DNA of 64,000 nucleotides from Candidatus Babeliales bacterium (GTDB lineage Bacteria; Babelota; Babeliae; Babelales; JANWKD01): NCBI GenBank assembly GCA_963722255.1, contig CAVRJO010000002.1, positions 320,001 to 384,000 of the forward strand, read 5' to 3'. Shown piece by piece: positions 62,858 to 64,000 of this stretch (position 1 is its first letter; each line of letters starts with the position of its first letter). The notes under the pieces were generated by a model. It saw only the letters and a program-made list of their open reading frames with translations, ran no database searches and was not told where the DNA came from. The position numbers and the translations under genes were made by a program.

Positions 62858-64000
62858 ATGAATTTTCGTATTACTCATTTTTTATTACTTTTAAGCTTTA
62901 TAGTCACATCCTATTTTAGTTGGAAAGGGTATCACTATTTTTTTGATAAAGAAAATCCAACGATTTCACTGATAGGTATTGAAGATAAGGCATATTATGC
63001 AAATGAGATGCAATGCGTTCTTAACGCACAAGATCGATATAAAGTTTCTGACATTTCAGTATGGCTTGATGGCAAATTACTGATAAATAAATTTAAAATA
63101 AATGCCTGCTCTTGCGAACATCCCTTTTTTATTTCAACAAGAACATTAACAAATGGAAATCACACCTTAAAGGCAGAAGCAGTTAATGGCACCTATAATC
63201 AAGGAAAAACATCAAAAGAGGTTTCTTTTTTTGTAGATAATACACCGTTACAAGCTGCATTCATACGACCTGAAACTGATTATAGGGTATTTCAAGGAAG
63301 AACACTTCATATTCAATTTCAAATGAACAAAGATATTAAATCTGCTCAAGTACAAGCACTATCAAATACGTATCCAGCTTTTCAGGAAGCAAAAAATTCA
63401 CCGATTTACGAATGCTTTATTCCCATTACCTGTGAAGAAACGCCCAATGAATATATAGTGACCGTACATATTGTTGATCACGTCGGCAATAGCCTAGCTC
63501 TTGAAGCAAAATTCCAGGTGGTTGCATTTCAATTCAAAAAACAAAATCTTCATATAGATCCAGCAAAAGCGCAAATGGAAAAGGAAGCGGGCATTGCTGC
63601 AGCACAGTTAGAGAATGATTTAGAACGGTTAGTAAAACTTTCTCCGGAACAAAAATTATGGCAAGGAATTTTTTATCCTCCTATTGATATCAAAGCAATA
63701 ACCACCGAATACGGAACCATTCGAACAACACAAGAACGAGGGCGCTATGCTCATAAAGCCGTAGACGTAATTAATACACCAAAATCGGTTGTTTGGGCAA
63801 CGCAGGATGGTATTATAGTCATTAAAAATCGTTATGCACATAGCGGAAATACTGTTGTTATTGATCATGGCTATGGAATTTTTTCACTTTTTTATCACCT
63901 TGATTCTTTTGCAGATATCAAGGTTGGTGACAAAATTAAGCGTGGAAATCCAATTGGTACATTAGGCAAAACCGGTTATGCAACGGGAGATCATTTACAT
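62858..64000 (+). CDS. Membrane-anchored M23 peptidase, 3'-truncated by window edge and absent from the ORF track
   Basis: Manual translation: N-terminal TM, HKAVD, GNTVVIDHG, YHL, GKTGYATGDHLH. Confidence 0.92.
   Translation, partial: MNFRITHFLLLLSFIVTSYFSWKGYHYFFDKENPTISLIGIEDKAYYANEMQCVLNAQDRYKVSDISVWLDGKLLINKFKINACSCEHPFFISTRTLTNGNHTLKAEAVNGTYNQGKTSKEVSFFVDNTPLQAAFIRPETDYRVFQGRTLHIQFQMNKDIKSAQVQALSNTYPAFQEAKNSPIYECFIPITCEETPNEYIVTVHIVDHVGNSLALEAKFQVVAFQFKKQNLHIDPAKAQMEKEAGIAAAQLENDLERLVKLSPEQKLWQGIFYPPIDIKAITTEYGTIRTTQERGRYAHKAVDVINTPKSVVWATQDGIIVIKNRYAHSGNTVVIDHGYGIFSLFYHLDSFADIKVGDKIKRGNPIGTLGKTGYATGDHLH

Noticed and set aside
63656..63868. 70-aa minus-strand ORF
   Set aside because: Antisense to the M23 peptidase

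Overview
AT-rich bacterial chromosome segment using the standard code. Housekeeping genes (pth, atpD/atpC, ctpA, glmM, trhO, murB, rho, secF, rpmA, thyX, smpB, mutY, bamA, cysS, efp, nusB) are interleaved with many signal-peptide proteins carrying eukaryote-type domains (ankyrin, F-box-like, BTB/Skp1-like plus LRR, seven C2H2 zinc fingers). This content suggests an intracellular parasite of protists, most likely Dependentiae/Babelota (TM6); that assignment is inference. Two apparently identical IS3 copies each interrupt an effector-like gene. Main points of interest: a secreted multi-C2H2 protein resembling a host transcription factor; a tightly coupled operon of large exported proteins sharing a beta-domain; a recurrent signal-peptide/Met-Glu signature on effector-like proteins; a cdaA-cdaR-glmM operon whose cyclase lacks both catalytic motifs; three small His/Lys-rich proteins; a duplicated palindromic cysS 3' end; and a 6S-like RNA. 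No rRNA, tRNA or CRISPR array was recognised.
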